Shown piece by piece: positions 17,838-27,097 of a DNA stretch of 64,000 nt. Location of the stretch: the NCBI GenBank assembly GCA_964547425.1, contig CAZJNH010000007.1:4981-68980 (forward strand), in the 5' to 3' direction. The notes beneath the pieces were generated by a model. It saw only the letters and a list, made by a program, of their open reading frames with translations. It was not told the origin of the DNA and ran no database searches. A program made the translations under genes and the position numbers. The first letter of the stretch is position 1; the number at the start of each line of letters is the position of its first letter. The stretch is from an uncultured Candidatus Saccharibacteria bacterium (lineage in GTDB: Bacteria > Patescibacteriota > Saccharimonadia > UBA4664 > CAZJNH01).

Positions 17838-20800
17838 TTGGTTTTAATGTAATCAAGCCAGCCAGGGGTATCGCCCGGCACTGGCAAGCCGTTCGTACCA
17901 GGGCTTCCAATTCCGCACGGTAGCGGCCCGCAATTCAGCTGAGACCCGGCTGTCTCGGCGAAAACGTCGTTGCCGTCAAGTTTGATGTAGTCGGATTTCA
18001 GGATTGGGTCGCCGTTGGCGCCGGCGATACGAGTCAAATTGTCGAGCGATGGGTAACCGTAGGGCTGGCCAATGCCCGTATAAGATCCAGTCCAGTTGAC
18101 CGGGTTAGACAGCTCGCCGCCAAAGGACCACAGATGCAGATATTCATGGCTCATCAGATCGACGGGATCTCTGCTACCGGAACCCGCCCCAACATAAAAG
18201 GTTCCATCAACCGGAGTGTATTGGACCCCATAAGCGCCTTTGTTCTGGAAGTTGTAGGTAGAGGACAACATACCGTTGTAGGGAGCACTGCTGGGCTGCA
18301 TCGCAAAAGATATGTGGTCAAAGGTACTTAGGTCGTCGATGCCCTTCATACCCGGGTGTATAGCGACCGATCTAAACGCGTTGTAAGCCTCTTCGGCCGT
18401 CCAAGCCCCTTCGGTAGTACAGATCTGAACCGTAATTTTGCCGTCGGTTGAAACGTACTGGTCGTAGAGCGGCAAAGTGTTGCCACCGATTGAGCATTTC
18501 GTGGTCGGGGTGGGAATCGAACCGTTTTGGACCGAAACCGTCCGGGTCGCGGCCACAGATGGTGTGCCGTTTTTACTATAAGCGACCGCGTTGACGGTGT
18601 GATTGCCATAGGTCAGACCATAAGAGTTGTAGCTAATCGACCAGTCACCGACGCCGCTGGCGATTCGAGGTGTATCGCTGTCGATGCCGACCATAACCTT
18701 GTCTAGTCCGCCGCCGGTGCCGTCGGAAGCCGAACCAGTAATCGTTAAATTGCCATTCACAACTGCTCCCGATGCCGGTGAATTAATACTGACCGTTGGG
18801 CTGGGATTGTTCACATAGACGGTGACCACCGCGTTGGCGGTATACTGCAATCCGTTTTGAATATCGTCGGCGTAAACATAGATTTTTTGTGAGCCGTTAG
18901 ACATCTTGGTGGTATCGACAGTGTCGGTCCAGTTATTCACGCCAGTTATGCGTCGCCAGCCACGAGAAGCTGAATCAGTTGCAGCCAGAAAATTGAGGTT
19001 CAATCCACTGGCAGTACCCTTGAGGGTGATAGTGCCTGAGACGTTGGTACCGTTGAGCGGTGAGCTGATGGCGACTTTCGGGTTACCGGTGCCGGTATTG
19101 TTCTTTATAGTAATGGGAATGTTTTTGACCTGGTTGTAGCCATACCCGTCGTGCGCTACAACTATCAGTTTGTAGTCGCCGTTAATTAGTTTGCTGGTGT
19201 CGATAGCGGCCGACCAGCTGGTAGTACCGGTTACAGGGTAAATTAGATCCGAGGGGTATACATTAGCTGGCTGGTACATATATGCGGTAACCGACTGGAT
19301 ACCAACCGGTGAACTGGCCGTTCCAGAGGCGGTGAAGGTACCGGAAACTGTGGCGCCGGAACCTGGGGAATTAACCGTAACCGTTGGCTCGGCGTAAGCA
19401 ACGGCTATCGAAAAATTAATCGAGGTCGTTGCCGAGTAGGTGGAGTTATAGGCCGTCATCGCTAAGGTGTAGTTACCGGGTGGCAGCGAGATTGAGTTAA
19501 GCGCCGAGGTCCAGTAAGTGGTACCTTTGACGCCTAGCGAGAACAGCGGGGTATTGTTTCCGGAGACGACCAAGGCGAATCTGGTGACGTCGGCCGAGGC
19601 GGTGCCGGTAATTTTGGTTACACCCCCGAGAGTTGAATTAGTGGCTGGGCTCGTAATGCTAACTGTGGGAGCTGCGCTGGCGGCGTTTTTAATCGAGACT
19701 GTCACCGCGGCCGGAGTGCCGTTACCACTGGTGTCCGTCGCCCTGACCGCCAGTCCATAGTAGGTACCGTTTGCAAACGGCTTCGTGTCCCAGTCATAAC
19801 TCCAATTGGTGGTACCTGTCGCCAAGTGCCAAGTGTTATTAAAGAAAACTTCAACCTTAGCTACCCCAACGTTGTCGGAGGCGGTGCCGGTAATAGTGAC
19901 GGTGTTGGTTAGAACGCTATTCGGTGTCGGGTTGGTAATAGTTACAGTTGGCAAAGTGGTGTCACCTACTGGAGCGTCTTGGGTCTTTAGGCTGATAGCA
20001 TTTGATGACGTTGAGGTATTGTTAGCCGGATCGATTGCTATGACGTTAAAGCTGTAGGTTGTGGAAGCCAATAGCCCAGAGCCCAGGTATGAAGTCGCGC
20101 CCGCGGCTGTGGTGGCAATCAGAGTTGAGTTTCGATAGACCCGATAACGTAAATCCGAGGCCGGGTTGTCTTGGTCGCTTGACGCCGTCCAGGTCAGATT
20201 AACCTGATTTGGATTGGGGGTCGTTCCCGACAGGTTGCCCGGCGCCGTTGGCGGTGTTGTATCAACTACGGGGTTGTTAACGCTAACGGTCACTGAGCTG
20301 GTTGTAATGTTGCCGTTGGTGTCGACGGCTCTGGCGATCAAGGTGTGGCTGCCGTTTGGCCCCGTAGCGGTATTCCAGCTATAGCTCCAGCTAGCAGTAC
20401 CGGTGGCTACTTGGTAAGCCGCGCCGTCGATCGAGACCTCTGTTTTAGAAACGGCCGCGTTGTCGGAGGCGGCACCGGTTACACTGACGGCACCGCTCAA
20501 AGAGCTGCCGTTAGCAGGATTGGTAAAGCTGACCACCGGCGGCGTGGTGTCGTCGGGCACCGGATAAGTCAAGCCCACGGTATAGTTGCCGGCTCCGGAA
20601 ACCCGGCTGACCACCACCTTATATTTTCCCAGGCTAACTGGAGCGGAGGCTATGATTGGGCTGCGACCGGTGCCGCTTGCCACTAAAACGCCGCTGGGAT
20701 TAAAGATCCTGACCCTCGGAGCTAAAGTGCCGCCATAAGTAAATGTTGCGGTTGCGGTGCCGGAAGCCGTCACCGACATATAGTACGTATCCGCGGTGTT

Positions 20801-20968
20801 TGTGGCGGTGAGTTTGCCGGTGTAGGTACTGGTTGTAGTCGCGGCAAAAACTTTTACCAGAACAACAATGCCGAAAACCGCAAAAACCAGCGCGAACGCA
20901 ATTTGTTGCGGGCGACTCATAGACTGAACTCTGCGAAAGTACGCTTTAATTGTAGCCATCCTCTTCAC
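17822..20968 (-). CDS. giant (1048 aa) cell-surface protein: signal/TM, tandem bacterial Ig-like + fibronectin-III repeats, C-terminal region with an HExxH motif
   Basis: N-terminal TM (IAFALVFAVFGIVVLV). At least 6 ~95-aa repeats of the pattern SP.nG..vSGtvT.tGTAsDn.gV.kVev.idg..w..AtGT.sWsYsWnT. An Fn3-like PPTAPGNLSGTT..LTWTAS segment. A C-terminal MSHEYLHLW (HExxH). Thr/Ser/Asn/Gly-rich. Confidence 0.75.
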   Translation of the reverse strand: MKRMATIKAYFRRVQSMSRPQQIAFALVFAVFGIVVLVKVFAATTTSTYTGKLTATNTADTYYMSVTASGTATATFTYGGTLAPRVRIFNPSGVLVASGTGRSPIIASAPVSLGKYKVVVSRVSGAGNYTVGLTYPVPDDTTPPVVSFTNPANGSSLSGAVSVTGAASDNAAVSKTEVSIDGAAYQVATGTASWSYSWNTATGPNGSHTLIARAVDTNGNITTSSVTVSVNNPVVDTTPPTAPGNLSGTTPNPNQVNLTWTASSDQDNPASDLRYRVYRNSTLIATTAAGATSYLGSGLLASTTYSFNVIAIDPANNTSTSSNAISLKTQDAPVGDTTLPTVTITNPTPNSVLTNTVTITGTASDNVGVAKVEVFFNNTWHLATGTTNWSYDWDTKPFANGTYYGLAVRATDTSGNGTPAAVTVSIKNAASAAPTVSITSPATNSTLGGVTKITGTASADVTRFALVVSGNNTPLFSLGVKGTTYWTSALNSISLPPGNYTLAMTAYNSTYSATTSINFSIAVAYAEPTVTVNSPGSGATVSGTFTASGTASSPVGIQSVTAYMYQPANVYPSDLIYPVTGTTSWSAAIDTSKLINGDYKLIVVAHDGYGYNQVKNIPITIKNNTGTGNPKVAISSPLNGTNVSGTITLKGTASGLNLNFLAATDSASRGWRRITGVNNWTDTVDTTKMSNGSQKIYVYADDIQNGLQYTANAVVTVYVNNPSPTVSINSPASGAVVNGNLTITGSASDGTGGGLDKVMVGIDSDTPRIASGVGDWSISYNSYGLTYGNHTVNAVAYSKNGTPSVAATRTVSVQNGSIPTPTTKCSIGGNTLPLYDQYVSTDGKITVQICTTEGAWTAEEAYNAFRSVAIHPGMKGIDDLSTFDHISFAMQPSSAPYNGMLSSTYNFQNKGAYGVQYTPVDGTFYVGAGSGSRDPVDLMSHEYLHLWSFGGELSNPVNWTGSYTGIGQPYGYPSLDNLTRIAGANGDPILKSDYIKLDGNDVFAETAGSQLNCGPLPCGIGSPGTNGLPVPGDTPGWLDYIKTKWWQY

Positions 20969-21070
20969 AAGATTACGCTTATGCTAGCACTCAACTGGTC
21001 TGTTTGCTAGCTTGATAGCTTGGTAGAATTGAACCGAGAGTAGTAATTGAGTAAAATACTTTAGTTTATT

Positions 21071-21140
21071 GGGGCGTAGCCAAGCGGTAAGGCACATGGT
21101 TTTGGTCCATGCATTCGTAGGTTCGAATCCTACCGCCCCA
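21071..21140 (+). tRNA. tRNA-Gln (anticodon TTG), CCA not encoded
   Basis: Acceptor GGGGCGT, short D-arm GCC-AAGCGGTAA-GGC, anticodon stem CATGG/CCATG with loop TTTTGGT, T-arm GTAGG-TTCGAAT-CCTAC, then CGCCCC-A. About 70 nt with a compact D-arm. Confidence 0.7.
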
Positions 21141-21148
21141 GCCAGAAA

Positions 21149-21523
21149 TTATTTATTTAATGCTACCGCCTCTTTGATCAGTTCAATTAAAGCGGGCTCG
21201 TTGATACGGTCATTCTCTTTGAAGTCGATGGCTTTGTTGTTTTTCGATTCTAGGCCGGCATTGATCAGTTTGTGTGGATCGCTTAGCTGGGAGCCCTTAA
21301 AAAAGTTGATCTTAACGTGGTCTTTAAACGCAGCAATGGCACAGACGTTGCCGCCGTGAGTAAATACAGCCGTGCCCCACTTCCACTCCTCGACGATTTC
21401 GGGATCAGCCTGATGGATAATCTGGCGTAATTTTGCCAGTAAATCACCGCGCCAGCTCGCAGCACCGGCGATCTGCTTGTCGATTAATTTAGAAGCTTCC
21501 ATGTTGCTCCAAGTATACGGCAA
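21149..21523 (-). CDS. DUF1801 (YdhG-like) domain protein
   Basis: 124 aa. The WKWGTAVFTHGGNVCAIAAFKDHVKINFFKG pattern is typical of the DUF1801 family. Confidence 0.5.
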   Translation of the reverse strand: MPYTWSNMEASKLIDKQIAGAASWRGDLLAKLRQIIHQADPEIVEEWKWGTAVFTHGGNVCAIAAFKDHVKINFFKGSQLSDPHKLINAGLESKNNKAIDFKENDRINEPALIELIKEAVALNK

Positions 21524-21591
21524 GTGCCAGAATTTTTGCGAGCCAAAAAGAACAACCCTCCCCGGTGACCCGGTGAGGGTTGTTGTGTTCG

Positions 21592-21876
21592 CTACAGATA
21601 GTAGCGCGGATGTGACCGCAAACTTCTCCGTTCGCTCTCGCGGAGCCGCTTGAGGATCTCCGTGCCTTTTTCGCCGAGCGCGTCTTCGATCGTTCCCAAT
21701 CGGGCCGCTGGGAGCTCTTTGCCGAAGATACTTGGCTCGGAGTCCGGCGGCTCGGGATCTGGCAGCGGCGGCAAGACTTCGCGGATGTTGCCTTCGGCGG
21801 AGTGAATCTCCACCGCAGTCGACCTACCGATCCCGATCCATCGCAGAAGTCTCCTGAAGAGCCGGAACTCGATCAT
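21592..21876 (-). CDS. hypothetical protein (94 aa), third gene of a coupled GC-rich operon
   Basis: The ATG at 21876 overlaps the upstream stop as ATGA. Basic N-terminus and Pro/Glu-rich middle. No domain. Confidence 0.4.
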   Translation of the reverse strand: MIEFRLFRRLLRWIGIGRSTAVEIHSAEGNIREVLPPLPDPEPPDSEPSIFGKELPAARLGTIEDALGEKGTEILKRLRESERRSLRSHPRYYL

Positions 21877-22055
21877 GCCAGGCCTTCTTTCTTGCGGCGC
21901 CACTTGAGGAGCGGGACTGGCTGGCCCCGTCGTTCTTTCTCGGCTAGCCGCTTAAGATCCTGACCATCCCAAAGACCTCGAATGTCGACGCCTTTGTCCA
22001 TCAGTTCCCGATGCAGTTTCCGTATCTCCGCCGCTCGGCGGGCCCAGTAACTCAT
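21873..22055 (-). CDS. hypothetical small basic protein (60 aa), second gene of the coupled operon
   Basis: Its start overlaps the methyltransferase stop (ATGA) and its stop overlaps the next start (ATGA). Arg/Lys-rich. Confidence 0.4.
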   Translation of the reverse strand: MSYWARRAAEIRKLHRELMDKGVDIRGLWDGQDLKRLAEKERRGQPVPLLKWRRKKEGLA

Positions 22056-22666
22056 GGTTTCTCCTGCTCCCTTCGTAAGGCCAAAGTGAACCAGTTGCCA
22101 CTGCCGATTTGCTGGTGGTCTTCGTACACCAGCTCCAACGGTTCGGCGAGTTCGGTGACTAGTTCGGCGGTGTAGTAGTAGAACATCCGCTCACCGTAGT
22201 CGTCTTGCTTCAGCTCGGCCGAGTAGTCATTGCGTTCCTTGAGTGAAATCAGCGCGATTCCACCTTGGCGCAAGACGCGGGCGAACTTTTGCAGGACGAT
22301 CGACAGATCGGCGTCGTCGACGTGCAGTAGCGAGGCGAAGGCGAAGATGATGTCCAGGTTGTCGGGGTAACGGTAGCTCAAGGCGTCGGCCAGGATGAAG
22401 TTGCTACCTGGAACTTGCTTACGGGCCAGCTCCAGCATCTTGGCAGATGGGTCGAACCCTTCGTACCACCCGACCCGCTTTACGATCTCGACCGCGTCTC
22501 GGCCGGCGCCGCATCCAACTTCGACCGTCCGCGCTAGCTTGGGATCACCAGCCAGTTCGAGCGCCAGCTCGATGTCGTCCACTCGCGGCCCAATGCCCTG
22601 GAAATACTCGGCCAGACTGCGAGCCGACCGATTGTACGTGTCGATCGTCAGCTCGTGAGTGTTCAT
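22052..22666 (-). CDS. class I SAM-dependent methyltransferase
   Basis: VEVGCGAGRD glycine-rich motif I plus downstream FASLLHV and LRQGG motifs. 204 aa. Confidence 0.8.
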   Translation of the reverse strand: MNTHELTIDTYNRSARSLAEYFQGIGPRVDDIELALELAGDPKLARTVEVGCGAGRDAVEIVKRVGWYEGFDPSAKMLELARKQVPGSNFILADALSYRYPDNLDIIFAFASLLHVDDADLSIVLQKFARVLRQGGIALISLKERNDYSAELKQDDYGERMFYYYTAELVTELAEPLELVYEDHQQIGSGNWFTLALRREQEKP

Positions 22667-22714
22667 TAACTCCCCTTTGAAGGTTCCAGCCGGTTGGCAA
22701 CTATCTCCTTAGTA

Positions 22715-23062
22715 TCACTTCCGGAGAATCTTTTCCATAGGTTTACCTTTGGCCAGCTCGTCGACTAATTTATCGAGGTAACGGATTTCTTGCATAAGAT
22801 GATCTTCGATGTCCTCCACCCTAACGCCACAAATCACACCGGTAATCAATTTCCGCGCCGGATTCAGCTTGGCTTTTCCATAGAAGTTTTTAAAATCGGT
22901 TCCTTTTTTCAGGTGATCTTCTAGCTCTGGCTGGCTGTACCGAGTTAACCAGCGAATAATTTCATCCAGTTCCGCTTTGGTGCGCCCTTTGGTCTCTAAT
23001 TTCCTAACGTAGTGCGGGTACACCTCGGCAAATGGCAATGCGTAGAGTCGCTCTTTTTTCAT
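22715..23062 (-). CDS. hypothetical protein (DUF2200-like)
   Basis: 115 aa with no catalytic motif. The family assignment is from memory only. Confidence 0.4.
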   Translation of the reverse strand: MKKERLYALPFAEVYPHYVRKLETKGRTKAELDEIIRWLTRYSQPELEDHLKKGTDFKNFYGKAKLNPARKLITGVICGVRVEDIEDHLMQEIRYLDKLVDELAKGKPMEKILRK

Positions 23063-23075
23063 ATAAAATAAGTCT

Positions 23076-23336
23076 ATGTCAACAAAGACGATTTCTGAAG
23101 GAGTAGTTCACAAACTGCCGGCCGACTTGCGCGGCGCGCTGCTGGCCGATCCCGATGCCTTAGCTGAATGGGAGGACATTACTCCGCTGGCGCGCAATGA
23201 GTGGATTTGCTGGGTGGAGTCGGTGAAAAAGGTTGAAACCCGAAAAGACCATGTCAGACGAGTGCCGGAAGAGTTGGTTCAGGGCATGCGCCGGCCGTGT
23301 TGCTGGGTCGGCTGTTTGCATCGCAAACGAACCTAG
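23076..23336 (+). CDS. YdeI/OmpD-associated-family small protein
   Basis: [25 protein letters not shown] matches the w..rrey..wi..aK..eTR.rRi signature. Confidence 0.45.
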   Translation: MSTKTISEGVVHKLPADLRGALLADPDALAEWEDITPLARNEWICWVESVKKVETRKDHVRRVPEELVQGMRRPCCWVGCLHRKRT

Positions 23337-23392
23337 GCTCTTTTGGACTTACACCTATATCTATTGCTCGCTTAGGAGCGCATACTGGCTTC

Positions 23393-25096
23393 ATGAAGCA
23401 AAACGGCTTTAAATTACTTTGTATTAGGCTACTAGCGGTACTGGCGGTTATTGGGCTCACCGTAGCGCCTTTAGCTGTGCCGAAAAATGTGTTGGCCGCC
23501 GATACTTTGGTCTCGCGCGGCTGTCCAACGAACAACTACAGCGACAACTTGGTTTTAAACCCTAGCTTTGAGGACGCCCACGCCGGAAATTCTACCCCAT
23601 ATATCATTCGCAATACTCCCGGAGCAGTTTCCGGCTGGACTACGTTAAGTTTCTATTCGCAAATGTCGGTTGTGCTCGCAGCGAATGGCTACAATACTAC
23701 CCAATTCGCCCCTAATGGTTGGCCCGTCTACGATGGCGACAATGAGGCTGTGCTGCAAAGCTTTACAACCACCGGTGGGCTCACCGCCGGCAGCCTGTTT
23801 CAGCCGCGCCCGGGCTTGGTGGGAACGTTGTCTGCCCCGACTGTGATGGGGACCAAATATGTTTTGAGCGCTCGGGTTTCAAATGTTTCTAATGATTTAC
23901 CTGTCTACGTTGCTAACGTTGGGAGCGTTACAGCTGTGCCTGTGGCTATCGAGATGAGATTGCGCAATTCTACAACGCATGCCGAGAGCGCGCCGATACA
24001 AGCCATCATTCCAAATCATTTTCAGAGTGGCGGCTCCCCTGACGGCCACGAGTGGGGCTTAATTAGTGGCACGATCACGGCCGACCAAGTTTATGACAGG
24101 GTTGTGATCCGCCACTACCAAGACACCGGCTTTGCGTTTATTGATGACGTTGTCGTCTGTCGGGCCGCTGCCCCCACCCCGTGGTGGAAGGCCCATGCTG
24201 GGCTAGCCGGATTGTCAGTTGCCTTGTTAGCCGTTGCTGCCATGCTGGTCTATGGCGGCTTCGTTGGGCCTCATACTCACAGAGGCAGTAAACGCCGCAA
24301 GACCAGAGGATCAAATGTAGCCGTTGGCGACTTCAATTCCGATGGAGTGCTGGACAAGATTACTGAGAATGAGTCTCCATGGCCGACCGCCCGCATATTT
24401 CTGCGCAAAAATAAACTGTTGACCGGGGCCGCGGCCGCGATACTTACCGCGGCGGCCGTATATATTGCTAGCGCCAATGGGGGCATCTGGAAGAGCGTAA
24501 CCAACCCCATTGATACCGCTAGCAAGGGCTCCTCCTCGATAGCTTGCGCCAAAGGCCAGCATATTAAAACCGTGAACATGGTGGCCAAATGTGTCACCGA
24601 TAACTCAATCAAAACCGCTACTAAAACTCCAGCTCAAGCCAAAACCTGTACCGACCAAGAAACGGCGGTAGCTAACTATAAAGTTTTCCGGAATTCGACC
24701 TACAAGTACTGCATTCAGTACCCGTCGGTCTGGGAGGTAACCAATTCCGATCCGAGTATGGTGACATTCGGCAAAGTTCCTACTGGCGAGCCGGGGCCTG
24801 GCTGGCTCAAAGCTACTTACTTCACAAACAAAACGGTCACGATGCGCGCCGAGGAAATTATGAACAACTACAAAGAACCGGCTGGGCCATGCAAAAGCTC
24901 AAACGCCACACTCGCTGGGCAGTCGGCTAAAAGGCTGGACTGCACTGGCGCCGCCAACGGCGAGGACCATGTTTATGTTCTGCTCGGCCGCGGTCACGAC
25001 GTGGTTGAGCTCAGTTACGTTGAAGGCATGGGCGAGCAAAAAGCTTCGTACGACTCTAAGTACAAAGTTATGGTTGAGAGCTTCTTGTTCGACTAG
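23393..25096 (+). CDS. secreted/surface hypothetical protein (signal peptide, internal hydrophobic segment)
   Basis: Preferred start MKQNGFKLLCIRLLAVLAVIGLTVAPLAV (signal peptide). The ORF is open from 23297 but would overlap the upstream gene. A DFNSDGVLDK (FG-GAP/calcium-like) motif is present. No LPxTG. Confidence 0.55.
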   Translation: MKQNGFKLLCIRLLAVLAVIGLTVAPLAVPKNVLAADTLVSRGCPTNNYSDNLVLNPSFEDAHAGNSTPYIIRNTPGAVSGWTTLSFYSQMSVVLAANGYNTTQFAPNGWPVYDGDNEAVLQSFTTTGGLTAGSLFQPRPGLVGTLSAPTVMGTKYVLSARVSNVSNDLPVYVANVGSVTAVPVAIEMRLRNSTTHAESAPIQAIIPNHFQSGGSPDGHEWGLISGTITADQVYDRVVIRHYQDTGFAFIDDVVVCRAAAPTPWWKAHAGLAGLSVALLAVAAMLVYGGFVGPHTHRGSKRRKTRGSNVAVGDFNSDGVLDKITENESPWPTARIFLRKNKLLTGAAAAILTAAAVYIASANGGIWKSVTNPIDTASKGSSSIACAKGQHIKTVNMVAKCVTDNSIKTATKTPAQAKTCTDQETAVANYKVFRNSTYKYCIQYPSVWEVTNSDPSMVTFGKVPTGEPGPGWLKATYFTNKTVTMRAEEIMNNYKEPAGPCKSSNATLAGQSAKRLDCTGAANGEDHVYVLLGRGHDVVELSYVEGMGEQKASYDSKYKVMVESFLFD

Positions 25097-25468
25097 TTAA
25101 CTTTTTTCGATCAAGTCGCCGGCGGTGATGATGGCGAACAGTTTGGCAAGTCCCCAACCGGCTAGCGCGTAAACGGCCATCGCGATTAGGATTGCTGGTT
25201 CAAAAACCGAGATGGTTTCGACGCCAGTGGCGGTGGAGATGTGAAAAATTGACCGAAAAGGTGTCACTAAGATGCCGCTGATCGCATAGATAAAGGAAAC
25301 AAAGCCGCTGTTTGGGTTCGCTCCGGACAACTGAAGCACCATTCTAAAAACCAGGAAGGCTTCAATGATCCCTAGCGCGTAATAGACGAGGTGGTACGTT
25401 TCAAAAATTAACTTGCGCTCCTCGGCGATCGCCGCTTTTTTGGCGCTTACTCGTTTTCTCTTTGCCAT
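25097..25468 (-). CDS. hypothetical small membrane protein (YggT-like)
   Basis: 123 aa, basic N-terminus, 3 TM helices. Confidence 0.4.
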   Translation of the reverse strand: MAKRKRVSAKKAAIAEERKLIFETYHLVYYALGIIEAFLVFRMVLQLSGANPNSGFVSFIYAISGILVTPFRSIFHISTATGVETISVFEPAILIAMAVYALAGWGLAKLFAIITAGDLIEKS

Positions 25469-25529
25469 TTGACCCTTGTATTATCTAACTCTTTAATTTT
25501 ATTGCCAATCGCCCGAAAATGCTAATGCT

Positions 25530-26963
25530 TTATGACGCATATGACGAACACTCTGAGGCCGGCGGTCGCCCTTGAACGATCTCGCTAAGCCAGCCCAACA
25601 CTTGTCCTCGCGAGACGTTAAACATTCTAGAATAGTGGTTCTCGTTTGAGAGCTCCCAACGAAAATTAGTCTCCCCTCCTCGGCATATGCGGTGGGCTAG
25701 TTCGGTCTGCGCGCTTTTTAAGATTACTTGGTCCTTGCGTCCCGATATTAACAGAACCGGCACGTCCACCGGCTCGCCGGCCAAGTTATTCACCATTAAT
25801 TTAGCTAAATTGGGCGCCGCGCCAGACAGGTCTTTACTTTTCATGCCTTGCAAAAATGCTGGGGTGTACAATTTGCCCAACGTGCCGGGGGTTCCAAAGT
25901 ACTCTATCCCGCTGCTGGCAAATGGCTCGACGTCGTTGATGCAGTACTTGCGGGCGTCACGTTCAACCGTTGGCGAGTATTTTGGCGTAAAGATCGCCCG
26001 CGCCGGCGTACTGACACCGTAATAATCCTCGTAGGCGGCGAATAGATAAGGTGGCAGCCAGTTGGTAGTGGCCCCGGCGGCGCTGTCGTAAAAGGTCTTG
26101 AGCATATCGGTGGCCGGCGCGAACAGTAAGATGCCGGCCGTTTTGATTTCGGGAGCGTATTTGGGCTGGAGTTTTTCTGCCCACAGCGCGGCGTGCCCGC
26201 CTTGGGAGTAACCGGACAAAAAGATCTCCTTGCCGACCGCGGGTCCTCGGAACTCTGGTTCAAATCGGAATTTTTGAGCCGCACGAACCAGATCCAGCAT
26301 TACCCGGCCTTCGCTTTCACCAACAAAATATGGTGAGATAACCCCGGCGCCGGTACGGGAGGCGTAGTCGGTCATGGCAACGGCGTAGCCCTGCCCAGCG
26401 TAAAAGGTCAGCACCGAATCATAACTACCCCAGTTTTTGTGGCTAAGACGCTCCAGAGTCGGCGCGCACTGCGGGCCTACGCCGGTAGTTCCCGGGCCAA
26501 ATGCGATAAGTGGCCGCTTACTGGCGTTTTGCGGCAAGTAAAGCCGGCCGGTGACGCTAATTTGACGACCATTTCTGGCGTCGACGCTAGTGTAGGTAAT
26601 GTTAAACTGTCGAACGCCAAACCGGGCCGGTTGCAACGCCCCGTCATAGTAGATGTAACGAGACTGGTAGTTAACTTGGGTTGCGCTTAGACTTCCGACG
26701 GGGGTTATTTTTGTAAGTCGGCCGCCGACGGGTTCGGAGACGGGAGTTTTAACCTTTATTTCGGTTTTAACCTGGTTCGTTACTTTGGCGACAGGTTTGC
26801 GGAACCACCATAGGCCTAGGGCAATCACCGGGATTATCCCCAGCCAGGCTAAATGCCAACGGCTAAAGCGCCGCCCCTCCCGCTGAGGCTCCAGCACTTC
26901 GGATACTTCTGGTATTTCGGGTATTTCCGGCACTTCCGGGATAGTAGGATCAGGTTCAGCCAT
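25530..26963 (-). CDS. secreted alpha/beta-hydrolase, secretory-lipase-like
   Basis: GYSQGGHAALWA (GxSxG nucleophile elbow), N-terminal TM/signal, and a PEIPEIPEV tandem peptide repeat at the extreme N-terminus. 477 aa. Confidence 0.6.
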   Translation of the reverse strand: MAEPDPTIPEVPEIPEIPEVSEVLEPQREGRRFSRWHLAWLGIIPVIALGLWWFRKPVAKVTNQVKTEIKVKTPVSEPVGGRLTKITPVGSLSATQVNYQSRYIYYDGALQPARFGVRQFNITYTSVDARNGRQISVTGRLYLPQNASKRPLIAFGPGTTGVGPQCAPTLERLSHKNWGSYDSVLTFYAGQGYAVAMTDYASRTGAGVISPYFVGESEGRVMLDLVRAAQKFRFEPEFRGPAVGKEIFLSGYSQGGHAALWAEKLQPKYAPEIKTAGILLFAPATDMLKTFYDSAAGATTNWLPPYLFAAYEDYYGVSTPARAIFTPKYSPTVERDARKYCINDVEPFASSGIEYFGTPGTLGKLYTPAFLQGMKSKDLSGAAPNLAKLMVNNLAGEPVDVPVLLISGRKDQVILKSAQTELAHRICRGGETNFRWELSNENHYSRMFNVSRGQVLGWLSEIVQGRPPASECSSYAS

Positions 26964-27097
26964 CGGTTTTTCTCACAAGGGTTAAATTGCTTAGGCTTAT
27001 TATATAATGGAAGCCGATCTAACGGGGAAACGGTATCCGCAGTTCGAACATCCGCTACATTCCTGAGCTCGACCAATTAAGAGGAATTGGCGCCTTA

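Noticed and set aside
17822-20968. Repetitive DNA in the giant surface protein as a CRISPR array or mobile repeat
   Set aside because: The repeats are in-frame ~285-nt coding repeats (Ig-like domains), not short spacer-interleaved direct repeats. No cas genes anywhere in the window.
21071-21140. Encoded CCA end on tRNA-Gln
   Set aside because: The sequence after the discriminator reads GCCA rather than CCA, so the CCA is presumably added post-transcriptionally.
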